Source of the DNA: a virus
Virus record (IMG/VR): IMGVR_UViG_3300036772_000367
Location: 64,001-128,000 of that record
Length of the DNA: 64,000 nt
Strand: one strand, 5' to 3'
Part shown: positions 1 through 9,563 of the stretch, in pieces
Layout: each line of letters opens with the position of its first letter
Numbering within the stretch: position 1 is the stretch's first letter
The notes under the pieces: generated by a model
Database searches by the model: none
What the model was told of the DNA's origin: nothing
The model's input: the letters and a program-made list of their open reading frames with translations, nothing else
Position numbers and translations under genes: made by a program

Positions 1-57
1 CTAAATACGCGTGCCATCGCAAGTTGGATACTCTGGGCACTCCAATTCATATTTGCT

Positions 58-384
58 GTGTTGCATATATTTCCGTCGCTGGCATACCGCGCTGGATTGA
101 AAGGGGCGACAACCCAAGTGGTCGCCTACATTAATGAACTCGGGCCGATCTGGGTTATTGCCTTTGGATTCAGTGCAGGCGGTCTCTTTCTGTCGTTGCT
201 ACTTCAACGAGGGAGGCATCTCTGGCACCTGGTGGCCGGTGCGGTGTTCATGGGCTATACCACGGCGTTGTTTGTGGGAGCGCTAGGAGAGTCACCACAT
301 GGCCCTGTCACGTACCCCGTGTTGGCAGTCCTACCGATCGTTGGGAACTTTTTACTGGCGCTGTCGTACGGTGGTGACAGATGA
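58..384 (+). CDS. Membrane protein (true start may lie upstream of the window)
   Basis: Three hydrophobic segments; ATGA overlap with the next gene. Confidence 0.6.
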   Translation: MLHIFPSLAYRAGLKGATTQVVAYINELGPIWVIAFGFSAGGLFLSLLLQRGRHLWHLVAGAVFMGYTTALFVGALGESPHGPVTYPVLAVLPIVGNFLLALSYGGDR

Positions 385-767
385 ATCTTGGACAACTCGG
401 CGAGCTAGCTTCACTACTGACGACTTTCATCTTTGCCATCGGTGGTCTCTTTACGATTCGGCAGCGTCGTCGTTCACGAGAAGTTACCGAACTGCGTGGA
501 CTACGAGATTTCAATGTCGCCGCGATGGGGTATATTTATTCGCTGGAGATGGCCATACAGGAAATTCAGCACAAGTATCCCATACGTGTCAAAGTGGAAA
601 AGCCAGATATTCTCACTCAGAGTTATGTCGAGAAGCGGGCCGAGTCCACTCAGAACACGGAGCTTCAGCAGATGAAGGACATTATGGCGTTACTGCAAAT
701 GAGTGCCCCCAAACCAGTGATCAGTGGTGAAAATGAATCAATCACCCAACAAACCCCCCACCCCTAA
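381..767 (+). CDS. Membrane protein with one N-terminal TM helix
   Basis: LASLLTTFIFAIGGLFTI followed by basic RQRRR; coupled to neighbouring genes. Confidence 0.65.
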   Translation: MNLGQLGELASLLTTFIFAIGGLFTIRQRRRSREVTELRGLRDFNVAAMGYIYSLEMAIQEIQHKYPIRVKVEKPDILTQSYVEKRAESTQNTELQQMKDIMALLQMSAPKPVISGENESITQQTPHP

Positions 768-1725
768 TCGTCATCGTTCATGGAACTGGGTATTTATTGT
801 TCTCATCGTACTGGTTGCTCTGGGTGTTGTTGCTGCTCCCTACCTCCTAGGACGGCAAGCCCAGCAAGCTAGTGCGGCCGAGCAACAGGCCAATAATCAG
901 TTGGGCCCTGCGCAAACACAGGCTTCGCTAGGTCAGAATCTCGCCAATAAGATCAGCGTGGCGTGTACGAACAAGGCACTTCTGGCACAGCTCCAAGCGC
1001 TTGGAGCGTGCCAGACGGCCAATCAGATACATGCGGTCCCGGGTCCGACGGGGCCTCCTGGTCAGAATGGCCAACCGGGACAGCCAGGGGCTGCCGGTTC
1101 AACAGGCCGAGGGATCACGAACACCTTCATCTCTGATAGCCATCTATTCGTGGTGTACACCGATGGCACCACGAAGGACCTCGGTCAGGTGGTGGGCGCT
1201 CAGGGTCCTGCCGGTCAGCAGGGCATCAGCATCGTCAACACCGCACTCGGTGGTACATCAGGCACGCACCTGATCATCACCTATAGCGACAATAACTCTG
1301 TCGACGTGGGCAACGTCGTGGGTTCCCAGGGTGCCCCAGGAACTCCTGGGGCGGTAGGGCCTTCCGGCCCGACTGGAATCCCTGGTGCGTCCGGCACGAA
1401 CGGCGCAGCGGGCAACAGTGTCAGTTCCGTGACGATCAACGCTCAGAGTCATCTCATCGTGGCTTTTACGGATGGCAGTACTCAGGATGCCGGCTTGGTG
1501 CCCGCAGGACCACAGGGGCCTCCTGGAGTCCAGGGAGCCCAAGGTGTCGGTGTGCAGTCCATCGTCTTGGATACAGGAGGATCCACCGGCTGCGAGTTCA
1601 CCTTTACCTTGGTGAACCCCGCGAACGGAAGCCTGAGTACTCAACATGTTGCCATAAACAACGTGCTGGTATGCGTGGGCGCCGGAGCGCCCACGACAAC
1701 CTCGCCACCACCGACGACGGGATAG
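724..1725 (+). CDS. Membrane-anchored collagen-like (Gly-X-Y) repeat protein
   Basis: N-terminal TM helix; GPT-GPP-GQN-GQP repeats alternating with three HL(I/F)(V/I)x(Y/F)xDG...D(L/V/A)G modules. Confidence 0.85.
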   Translation: MVKMNQSPNKPPTPNRHRSWNWVFIVLIVLVALGVVAAPYLLGRQAQQASAAEQQANNQLGPAQTQASLGQNLANKISVACTNKALLAQLQALGACQTANQIHAVPGPTGPPGQNGQPGQPGAAGSTGRGITNTFISDSHLFVVYTDGTTKDLGQVVGAQGPAGQQGISIVNTALGGTSGTHLIITYSDNNSVDVGNVVGSQGAPGTPGAVGPSGPTGIPGASGTNGAAGNSVSSVTINAQSHLIVAFTDGSTQDAGLVPAGPQGPPGVQGAQGVGVQSIVLDTGGSTGCEFTFTLVNPANGSLSTQHVAINNVLVCVGAGAPTTTSPPPTTG

Positions 1726-1728
1726 CTA

Positions 1729-1926
1729 TTGGCTCGACAACGAATCTTGCTGCGCTACGTCGATGATGACCATTGCGATCTCCTCCGCAATGGACGGCAA
1801 TTGCTTGCCGATATTACATGGCAGACCGCGAAACAATGGTTGCGTAAGAATGTGACTCCGCAGGACAACATTCTTCGAGAAGAAAGTGACGGCTATCGCG
1901 TGCCGGTGAAACTGTCAAGATTGTAA
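1729..1926 (+). CDS. Small hypothetical protein
   Basis: 65-aa ORF filling the gap, ending in EESDGYR. Confidence 0.6.
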   Translation: MARQRILLRYVDDDHCDLLRNGRQLLADITWQTAKQWLRKNVTPQDNILREESDGYRVPVKLSRL

Positions 1927-1946
1927 TGAGCACGCGCAAGAGATGA
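1912..1946 (+). promoter_or_regulatory. Putative late promoter motif CTGTC-N21-AAGAGATGA
   Basis: One of nine spaced copies in front of virion or lysis genes. Confidence 0.6.
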
Positions 1947-1970
1947 AGTCGAACGATTCCGAGGTGGGCT

Positions 1971-4463
1971 GTGCTGCGGAAGACCGCTGTCTTTGATGTC
2001 CTGGATGTCATCCAGGCGCATGATATTGCGCGACAGACTCCTCTAGGGCCGATCAGTCGCATCGGTCATCGACATGTCTTTGATTTCGAGCCTCGGTATG
2101 GCTACCTCTATGTTCGTAGCCGGATGATTTCCTCGCGGTGCAATGATAACTTCGATGAGTTCCCCGCCGAGGAAATCAAGAAAGCCTACGCCACGTTCGT
2201 CGGCAAGCCAGTCTTCGTCAACCACAATAACGATGATCACCGTCGGATGCGTGGTCTGATCATCGATGCCGTGCTGCACGAAGATCGTAACCCAGATGGC
2301 TCCCCAGACACCTGGGTCGAGGGCCTGATGGAGATCGATGGCCTGCGGTATCCCAAGTTGGCCAAAGCACTCATCAAACGGCACATCGAGCGCACCTCCA
2401 TGGGTGTGGACGTTGAGTACTCCATCTGTTCGAAGTGTGGCAACAAGGCCACCACACCACTGGAGTACTGCCGCCACGTGCCGGGCATGAAGGGCAAGCG
2501 CATCTACTCCTTCACCAAGTCTGGTGCCAGGGTCAGCGAACTGATCCGGGAGAAGTGCTACGGGCTGGGGTTCTTCGAGAACTCCCTGTTGGTCGAGCCA
2601 CCAGCAGATCCAACTGCCCTCTTTTTGGACAAGCCCATCCTCGGTCCTGGACTGGAGCACCTGGCCATGACGGCATCGGACCGTTACCTTCAGCGTATTG
2701 CCTCCGTCGCGGCATCCTTTCGTCTGGTAGCTGGGATGCGCTGCGTGGCATGTCGGGGTCTGAACACCGTGGCCGACCTAGAGGGGCACCACGAGTGCTT
2801 CGACTGTTCGGCGGCTTGGAACTCGCGTACCGCTTCTCTGGAAGTGGAAGCGGCTCCGCGTTACGCCGATCCTGCCCAACATCCTTGGTTCCAGCAGCAC
2901 CCGCTGAATCACCAGAACATCGTGGATCATTGGCATCAGGCCACTCCCGACGAGCGTACCCAAGGAATGCATTGGTATTCTGATGCGCATATTATCGGGC
3001 AGGCTCTCGGTGAGCACCATGAAAAATCGCATGGTCTTGTGCACCCGCAGGGTGCATCACATCTTGGTGCGGGCATTCTTGCGACCTACTCGCCTCAGAT
3101 GGGTTGGGCAGGCAATATGCACAATGCCGCCCGAGTGTTGCACGGCAACAAGGGCATCGGTGGACCTAATTCCGGCATGATGGCCAGTACCCATCAACGC
3201 GTCGCAGCCGACCGCATTCTCAACGGTGAGAACTACATGGATGTGCTCAAGGGTCCGAAGATCCAGGACTTCGCGCACCTGATCGAGCATGGTGGGGACG
3301 CTGATCCTGATCATCCTCATGTCGTGGTAGATCGTCATGCACTCTCGGTTGCCGCTGGTCATCGGCTCACTGATGAGCAATACGGTAAGGCTCCTACTTC
3401 GCAGCGGCACTACTACGGCCATGCCGTGCAGCAGTACCATCACGCTGCCCGTGAACTGTCCAACGAGGAGTCCAGCCCCGTCGCTGGGCATCAGGTGCAG
3501 GCCACTACCTGGCTGGTCCGTCAGCGCCTCAATCAGGCCGAAGAAAAGGCTCATGCCCAAACAGGAGCCGACACACGATTGGACCGAGGACGCGATCGTG
3601 CTCGGGGCAATGCGGAAAAGAAGTGGGAGGACTGGCGCACGGAGAACCTGCCTGATCTCCAACACAAGGGACCAGGCACCGGCTATGTCGCGCGACGGCG
3701 CAGTGTGGCCTATGGCGAGACGAAGGCCCCGGCCGACGTAGACACCCTACGCGAGGAAGCTTGTCCGGTTTGCGGTGAGGAGAACGCCTACGACGGCACC
3801 GAGTGCAAGGTCTGCGGTTTTGTCGCGCCACCCAAGGAATTCCAGGATCCTGACCTGGAGATGGCCAAGCGCGTCGACCTGCGCAAGGACGTGTCCGATT
3901 TGAATGGTGCCGACGTCTCCGATCTCAACGAGGATCTCAACGACGTTGACAAGGACGGACTTGACGACGAAACCGGGGAACCGGTCGACGGTACTGGCCC
4001 TGGCGACGTGCAGCCGACGTTGGTGTGCAACAACTGCGGCACCGAGTTCGAGGCAGGCGAGCCCATCACGACCGACACACGTGATCCGCAGGCTGGTGAC
4101 GCGGGACTCGGCCCCGACGAAGGTGACGTCTGCCCGGCCTGTGGCAAGGGCATCTTGGAAGCTCCCAACGATCTGGACGTCTCTCCACAGGACGACCAGA
4201 ATCGCTCCGAGCCCGAGGACCCTGACCCGTCTGCTCAGCAAACACCTCCTTTCTCGCGCGATCGCGGCGAAGAAGATGAGGATGAGAACGAGCAGAATGG
4301 GCAACCAGACAACGACGAGGACCCCGACGCCCAGGAACGCAACTTCGTGCCGACTGACGAGGATGGGGATCCTGATGATGATGGCGACAATGACGAAGAC
4401 GCCATTCCTCCGCGTAAGCGCAAAGGCACGCCTGCTCGCCAGGACCGGAACCCCTTCAAGTGA
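1971..4463 (+). CDS. Capsid maturation protease-like protein with an internal glycosylase-like domain, Zn ribbons and acidic C-terminus
   Basis: N-terminal FVGKPVFVNH...TSMG...ENSLLVEPPADPTA; central WYSDAH...SPQMGW...GPKIQDF...VVVDRHA...QVQATTW; CxxC pairs; lies before scaffold and capsid genes. Confidence 0.7.
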   Translation: MLRKTAVFDVLDVIQAHDIARQTPLGPISRIGHRHVFDFEPRYGYLYVRSRMISSRCNDNFDEFPAEEIKKAYATFVGKPVFVNHNNDDHRRMRGLIIDAVLHEDRNPDGSPDTWVEGLMEIDGLRYPKLAKALIKRHIERTSMGVDVEYSICSKCGNKATTPLEYCRHVPGMKGKRIYSFTKSGARVSELIREKCYGLGFFENSLLVEPPADPTALFLDKPILGPGLEHLAMTASDRYLQRIASVAASFRLVAGMRCVACRGLNTVADLEGHHECFDCSAAWNSRTASLEVEAAPRYADPAQHPWFQQHPLNHQNIVDHWHQATPDERTQGMHWYSDAHIIGQALGEHHEKSHGLVHPQGASHLGAGILATYSPQMGWAGNMHNAARVLHGNKGIGGPNSGMMASTHQRVAADRILNGENYMDVLKGPKIQDFAHLIEHGGDADPDHPHVVVDRHALSVAAGHRLTDEQYGKAPTSQRHYYGHAVQQYHHAARELSNEESSPVAGHQVQATTWLVRQRLNQAEEKAHAQTGADTRLDRGRDRARGNAEKKWEDWRTENLPDLQHKGPGTGYVARRRSVAYGETKAPADVDTLREEACPVCGEENAYDGTECKVCGFVAPPKEFQDPDLEMAKRVDLRKDVSDLNGADVSDLNEDLNDVDKDGLDDETGEPVDGTGPGDVQPTLVCNNCGTEFEAGEPITTDTRDPQAGDAGLGPDEGDVCPACGKGILEAPNDLDVSPQDDQNRSEPEDPDPSAQQTPPFSRDRGEEDEDENEQNGQPDNDEDPDAQERNFVPTDEDGDPDDDGDNDEDAIPPRKRKGTPARQDRNPFK

Positions 4464-4502
4464 TAGAGATCCATCCATTCATGGTGAAGGAGTAGATTAG
4501 CC

Positions 4503-5366
4503 ATGCGTCCAGCCCTGGCTGCTCTCGCCGAGCAGCAACAGCTCATCGAAAATCTTCGCCGTCAGGCTCACATCCTGAACAAGGCGTCGGTCAAGCAGGA
4601 AGGCCAGATCACCAGTCTGGCTCGCGGCCTGCAAACACTGGCCGCGCTGGCAGGAGTAGATCGGCACGTGGCGGCTGCCATGCTCGGCCGCAAGGTGGCG
4701 GACATCCAGAACCCAGCCCAGCCGGTTCCCGAGCCTCCGGCTCAGCCTTCGCCGCAGGGCACGGAGGACGCCAAGACGCCCGAGGCGTTCGCTGATGTGA
4801 CCGCTCCTGGTCTGGCCCCTGGCACCACAAACGACGTCGCGGCCGATGCCACCACCACGGCCTACACGCCTGGCATGGATATCGGTGCCCCGGCGTTCAA
4901 GAACCTCATCGATGTCACCGCACCGGTCGAGGGCACTCAGAATCCTCGTCCGTTGGAGGAGACCAAGACCCTCACCGACGTGCGCGTGGGCAATCCGATG
5001 AACCCTCAGGTGGCTTTCCCGCTGCGGGGCGACTTCGCCAATGCTCAGCGCACGAGTTCGGCGCGAACCTACGCCTGTTTGCGTCTGGCCCGGTTGCAGA
5101 TCGCAGCTGGATTGGTCGAGGGCCAGACCGACATCGAGATCGCGACCGGACTGGAGAAGAACGCGGAGTTGTCCCTGAACTCCATCGAGGCCGAGATCGG
5201 TACGTTGGAGCGCGTTCGTACCGCAGCTCGTCGTCAAGGATCTGCCGCTTCGCGCCGGTTGGTTCCCCGTACCGCTGCCCAGCGGTCCGCACCTTCCCTT
5301 CAGGCCGTGGCTTCCCATCAGGTAGCTGCATCGGTGGGTGACAGCGACGAGGATCTGTTCCTGTGA
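4503..5366 (+). CDS. Probable scaffolding protein
   Basis: Coiled-coil N-terminus, acidic DEDLFL C-terminus, position between protease and capsid genes. Confidence 0.6.
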   Translation: MRPALAALAEQQQLIENLRRQAHILNKASVKQEGQITSLARGLQTLAALAGVDRHVAAAMLGRKVADIQNPAQPVPEPPAQPSPQGTEDAKTPEAFADVTAPGLAPGTTNDVAADATTTAYTPGMDIGAPAFKNLIDVTAPVEGTQNPRPLEETKTLTDVRVGNPMNPQVAFPLRGDFANAQRTSSARTYACLRLARLQIAAGLVEGQTDIEIATGLEKNAELSLNSIEAEIGTLERVRTAARRQGSAASRRLVPRTAAQRSAPSLQAVASHQVAASVGDSDEDLFL

Positions 5367-5390
5367 CCTGGTCGTCTGATCGGGGGCGAT

Positions 5391-5759
5391 ATGTACGTCA
5401 GTCGTAAAGAGTTTCACTCCGCTCTCGCCGCTGTGTGGGAACAATTGGAACAGTTCGAAAGCGCCCTGAAACAACAACTGGAGAAGGAAATGACCGACTT
5501 CACTACTGCACTGTCCGACCTGGATTCGGCTCTGTCTTCTCTGGAGGGTGATGTCACGAACCTCCAGCAGCAGATCGCGGCCGGCAACCAGGCGGCTACT
5601 GCCGCTGCCGCTACCCAACTGGAGCAGCGAGTCGCCGGTATCCGTACGTTCCTGGCTGGTCCGCCGGCAACGCCGACCCCGACTCCGACAATCGGAGGCA
5701 CCACGACCACCGCTGCGTCGGACACGGGTACGACAACGACAACTCCGGCTTCCTCCTGA
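5391..5759 (+). CDS. Coiled-coil, Thr-rich hypothetical protein (alternative start 5490)
   Basis: Heptad pattern; GAAGGA RBS before the internal ATG at 5490. Confidence 0.65.
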   Translation: MYVSRKEFHSALAAVWEQLEQFESALKQQLEKEMTDFTTALSDLDSALSSLEGDVTNLQQQIAAGNQAATAAAATQLEQRVAGIRTFLAGPPATPTPTPTIGGTTTTAASDTGTTTTTPASS

Positions 5760-5778
5760 TCTATCACTAGCAATCCTC

Positions 5779-5811
5779 AACGGACCTCGGGCCTTGTGCT
5801 CGGGGTCCGTT
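5779..5811 (+). terminator. Hairpin terminator
   Basis: aacggacctcgggc...gctcggggtccgtt followed by a T-rich tract. Confidence 0.6.
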
Positions 5812-5842
5812 GCTTTGTTCTGTTCTTCTGGTGACAGTAATC

Positions 5843-5880
5843 CTGTCCAGGAATAGCGTTCTCCGTCACTAAGGGCTGTA
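5843..5880 (+). promoter_or_regulatory. Putative late promoter motif (N23)
   Basis: CTGTC-N23-AAGGGCTGT. Confidence 0.6.
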
Positions 5881-5935
5881 GAGAGGGAATCAGTCATGAC
5901 CCTCCGGTAAGGAACCCAACAACACGGAGGACTCC

Positions 5936-6469
5936 ATGCTCCGAGTTTCCCTCCAGAACGCTTACATCAAGCGGACCATCCGGCCGACGTACGCGTTCAC
6001 CCAGGCAACACCGAAGTCGATGTACCTGGACCCGAACTGGAACAAGTCGGTCGACATCTACCCAGGCATGGCCTTGATGAAGACCTCTGGTGAGAACGTC
6101 ACGCTCCTGGGTGGCAGCACCACCACGGCCATCCCGGTTGGTCTGTCGGCGTTTTACTGCGCTCCGACGTTCGGTATCGATGAGATCACCGAGCAGGGCG
6201 TGAATGCCTGTGCCTACTGGCACATGGCATCCGACGCTGAGTTCCAGATCTTGGCCCCTGCGTTCGACACATCGTTGAGTTGGACGGATCCCGGTGACGG
6301 CACGATCGTCAAGGTCACTGCGTACACCGCAGGGCCCAAGCGTGGTCAGTTGTGCCCCTTGGGCACGTCGGACGGCACCAATCTGCCGTCCACCATCGCC
6401 ATCGCGCGGCTGCTGGAAGTCAACTCGGCATCGCAGATCACCATCGGTGGTCTGACGGGCACCGTCTGA
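5936..6469 (+). CDS. Capsid decoration / minor capsid protein
   Basis: GGAGG RBS; IYPGMALMK motif; immediately upstream of the major capsid gene. Confidence 0.7.
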   Translation: MLRVSLQNAYIKRTIRPTYAFTQATPKSMYLDPNWNKSVDIYPGMALMKTSGENVTLLGGSTTTAIPVGLSAFYCAPTFGIDEITEQGVNACAYWHMASDAEFQILAPAFDTSLSWTDPGDGTIVKVTAYTAGPKRGQLCPLGTSDGTNLPSTIAIARLLEVNSASQITIGGLTGTV

Positions 6470-6503
6470 TCCTGACCCCTACGAGAATCCCAAGGAATCA
6501 CGC

Positions 6504-7586
6504 ATGAACCAGGCTCTCGTTCATTCCGGGGTCAATGGTCAACTGTCGCGGCAGGCAGCGTATGCGCCTCCGCAGCAGCAGGTGAGTTACGCGCCACCGC
6601 AGCCCAACTACCCGGCCATGCCGAGCAATCTGTTGCGCAAGGCAGCCACGAAGTCCGACGACTACGTCGATCGGATTCTGCAACGCCGCGAGTCGGGCCA
6701 GAAGTTGGCGCACGCTGACAAGGTCCAGAAGATGGCTCTGATCCTCTCCGATGAGGTCAGTGGCATCAAGCGGCTCGGCGTGGGCATGATCGGCCCGATC
6801 CAGCTCAAGTTGCGCTATCAGGGTATTACGCGCAACGTGCTGATCGAGGACCCGGTCACCCCCGGTACTCCGGTCGAGTACGACGTGTGGGACGACCTGG
6901 GCCAGGCGTACATCATGTCCGGCCACGAGGGTGAAGTTCGGATCACCCCGTTCGAGGGCAAGCGCGTTCCGGTGCGGTTCTTCCGTATCGCCTCGCGGCC
7001 CGCGATCCGCAAGGAAGACCTGTTCTACCTCCGCATCAACGCGGTCGAGCAGGCCCAGGACGAAACCAAACAGGCGATCCTCAAGCAGGAGGACTCCCGC
7101 TTGATGGTGATCCTCCAAGCCGCCGTGAACGACTACGCCACCCGGCCCGACCACATCGTCACGCCGAACCACAACGTCATCGAGACCAGTGGTTACTACA
7201 CACCGGCGTCGCTGTACACCGCCGTCGCGCAGACCGACATGCACGAGTTGCAGTCCGCGCGGATCATGGTCAACCCCTACGACTACCGGGATTTCTTCCG
7301 GTGGGACATCAACACCACCGGTTGGGCCTTCAAGGACCGGGTTGTCGCGGGCGAGACCATCACCACCTTCGGTGAGTTCCAGTTCCAGCGCAGCATCATC
7401 GTCCCCCAGAAGACGATGTACCTGACGCCGGAGCCGAACTTCCTCGGTGTGTTCCCGGTGCTGTACTCGTTGGACGTCGAGGAAAACCACAATGTTGAAG
7501 CATTCTGGAAAGGATGGGTCTTCGACGAAATGGTTTCCATGGCAATCCTCAACCCCAGAGGGATTGCAACTGTGTCGAAGCCATAA
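6504..7586 (+). CDS. Major capsid protein (HK97 fold)
   Basis: LRYQGITRNVL..., IMVNPYDY, GWVFDEMVSMAILNPRGI; strong C/G third-position codon bias. Confidence 0.9.
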   Translation: MNQALVHSGVNGQLSRQAAYAPPQQQVSYAPPQPNYPAMPSNLLRKAATKSDDYVDRILQRRESGQKLAHADKVQKMALILSDEVSGIKRLGVGMIGPIQLKLRYQGITRNVLIEDPVTPGTPVEYDVWDDLGQAYIMSGHEGEVRITPFEGKRVPVRFFRIASRPAIRKEDLFYLRINAVEQAQDETKQAILKQEDSRLMVILQAAVNDYATRPDHIVTPNHNVIETSGYYTPASLYTAVAQTDMHELQSARIMVNPYDYRDFFRWDINTTGWAFKDRVVAGETITTFGEFQFQRSIIVPQKTMYLTPEPNFLGVFPVLYSLDVEENHNVEAFWKGWVFDEMVSMAILNPRGIATVSKP

Positions 7587-7623
7587 CAATTTAGGATCGG
7601 ATTGGTAACGGTACTAGGTAGCA

Positions 7624-7660
7624 ACAGCCCCCTCACCAGCACATATGGTGAGGGGGCTGT
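7624..7660 (+). terminator. Hairpin after the major capsid gene
   Basis: 15-bp stem acagccccctcacca / tggtgagggggctgt. Confidence 0.75.
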
Positions 7661-7672
7661 CGTATGCTCGGA

Positions 7673-7727
7673 GAGAACCACACTGTGAGAGTGTTTTTGG
7701 AAGGGCTGGGTTATTGAACGCATAGTT
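7673..7727 (+). repeat. Degenerate copy of capsid codons 7482-7535
   Basis: Reads ENHTVRVF(+1)WKGWVIERIV versus ENHNVEAFWKGWVFDEMV in the capsid gene. Confidence 0.75.
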
Positions 7728-7761
7728 GCGAGCAGAGATTGGGTGTACTTACACTGCGGGT

Positions 7762-8928
7762 ATGGCTACCATCGCCGCAGAGACCCGAGCACGAGTCATG
7801 GAGCGTCACCAGGCCGGTGACGTGCCCTCACGTATCTGTCATGTCCTGCACCTCTCGCCCTCCACGGTGGCCCGCGTGCTGCGTGAAGTGGGTGTGCTGA
7901 CCGTGGAGCACAAGACCACTGTCGAGGCCCGGCAGCTTCGAGCTGAGCAGGCACCTCAGGTGCGGCGCCTCGCTGAGAAGGGGATCAGCCCAACGCAGAT
8001 CTGTAAAGAGCTGCATCTGGGCTATGACACACTCCGACAGATCGCTCGTGAGCATGAGATTGATCTACCGAAGGGGAGGGTCGGTGCACCTACCCAGAAG
8101 GCCCGACTCATGCCTCGCATACGAGAGCTTGTTGGTAAGGGTCTGTCACAATCTGAGATTTCTGAGGCTGTGGTTGTCCCACTTCCCACTATCAGTCGAT
8201 GGCTTCGGCAAGAAGAGATTCATCTTGGTCGCATAGACCGACACCCCGATCGCTCAGCTAACTTTGGTGCGACCTCGGAAGAACGGAGTGCGAGGGGAAG
8301 TCGAGGAGGACACGCCTCAGCGGACAAACTCGTTACCGTTGCTTGCAAATATTGTGGAGAAGAATTCACCCAAGGACGCAGTGGTTCTGGCAGAACTAGT
8401 CGTGATAGATATTGTTCACGTGAACATGCCTACGCGTACCGTCGGGAAAACTCTGGCAAGATGACCGTTTATACATGTGAATATTGTTCGACCGAATTCC
8501 AGTGGTGGACGAATCAACCACGAAAATTTTGTAGTCGAGAACATTTCTTGAAGGCGAATAAGCAAGTACCGAAGTATGGGTTTGAAGGACAAATCCTCGA
8601 TTCCGGCTACGAAGCCGCCTTCGTCGGAATGTGCTCAGTCTTGGGTATTCCCTTTGAGTTCTTTGATCGTGACGAGTGCGTGGAGTGGCAACCGGGGAGC
8701 TTGTATGGTCCTGATTTTCGTGTACTGATTGCAGGGAAGCCCGTCTTTGTCGATACGAAGGGACAAGACCGAGGATCTCACAAGTGGAAAGCTTTTCGCG
8801 AGCAGCGCGGTAGGTTGGCTATCCTGCATCGAGATGATTTGGCTATCCTTATGAAGATTTCGTCGTCCACGGACTGGCTGAATCATATCCGTGACATTGC
8901 GGTTGTCCAACAAGCAGAGCAAGAGTAA
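7762..8928 (+). CDS. Free-standing endonuclease with three HTH-like repeats, two Cys/His Zn modules and a PD-(D/E)XK domain; probably leaderless
   Basis: DSGYEAAF...YGPDF...FVDTKG; CKYCGEEF...YCSREH twice; TTGCGA-18-TACACT promoter 6 nt before ATG 7762. Confidence 0.75.
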   Translation: MATIAAETRARVMERHQAGDVPSRICHVLHLSPSTVARVLREVGVLTVEHKTTVEARQLRAEQAPQVRRLAEKGISPTQICKELHLGYDTLRQIAREHEIDLPKGRVGAPTQKARLMPRIRELVGKGLSQSEISEAVVVPLPTISRWLRQEEIHLGRIDRHPDRSANFGATSEERSARGSRGGHASADKLVTVACKYCGEEFTQGRSGSGRTSRDRYCSREHAYAYRRENSGKMTVYTCEYCSTEFQWWTNQPRKFCSREHFLKANKQVPKYGFEGQILDSGYEAAFVGMCSVLGIPFEFFDRDECVEWQPGSLYGPDFRVLIAGKPVFVDTKGQDRGSHKWKAFREQRGRLAILHRDDLAILMKISSSTDWLNHIRDIAVVQQAEQE

Positions 8929-8931
8929 CTC

Positions 8932-8968
8932 CTGTCCTTTGCGACCTCACTCCGCCAGCAAGAGGTGA
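8932..8968 (+). promoter_or_regulatory. Putative late promoter motif (N23)
   Basis: CTGTC-N23-AAGAGGTGA. Confidence 0.6.
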
Positions 8969-8987
8969 GAGTCGGGTTCTCAGAGGA

Positions 8988-9563
8988 GTGACAATGCTGA
9001 CTACTACATCCGAACCGATTATGATTCGGAATCTACACGCTGGACCTACCGTCTTTACGTACGGCAAGAATGCGGAAGACTTTGTGGAATGGGCTGGTCG
9101 GGGCGACCAGATGGGCAACGACATCCAGGCGGTGCCCGCTAACCTCCTGAACCTGGTGCAGTTCCGCCGGTCGCTGACGCGCGGCATCTTTGAGATCGTG
9201 GATGAACCCGATCTGGTGCTCCAGACCAACAACCTGCACCGGACGGAGTGGGAGAACCGCCAGGAGCAACAACAGCTCGCGGCAGCCGAGTCGATGGACG
9301 AGGTGCAGGACAACGACCTGCTGATGCTGACCTGCATCGCACCGGCCCAGAAGAACAGCATCAAGCAGTGTGAGACCTCGGTGCCGGTGCGCGCCAAGGA
9401 GCAGGACGACGCTCCCCCGCTGTGCGGTGAGCACAAGCACCTGTCTACGCAATTCGTGCTGGAGTACACCGGTCGCATGAACGGTGCCGAGCCGGAGAAG
9501 GCATGGAAGAAGGTCACCCTGGCGGCTCGGACTCGCCAGGCTGCTCAGAAAAAGGGAGAGTAA
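8988..9563 (+). CDS. Hypothetical virion-module protein
   Basis: RNLHAGPTVF...EWAGRGD...PPLCGEH; good codon bias. Confidence 0.8.
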   Translation: MTMLTTTSEPIMIRNLHAGPTVFTYGKNAEDFVEWAGRGDQMGNDIQAVPANLLNLVQFRRSLTRGIFEIVDEPDLVLQTNNLHRTEWENRQEQQQLAAAESMDEVQDNDLLMLTCIAPAQKNSIKQCETSVPVRAKEQDDAPPLCGEHKHLSTQFVLEYTGRMNGAEPEKAWKKVTLAARTRQAAQKKGE

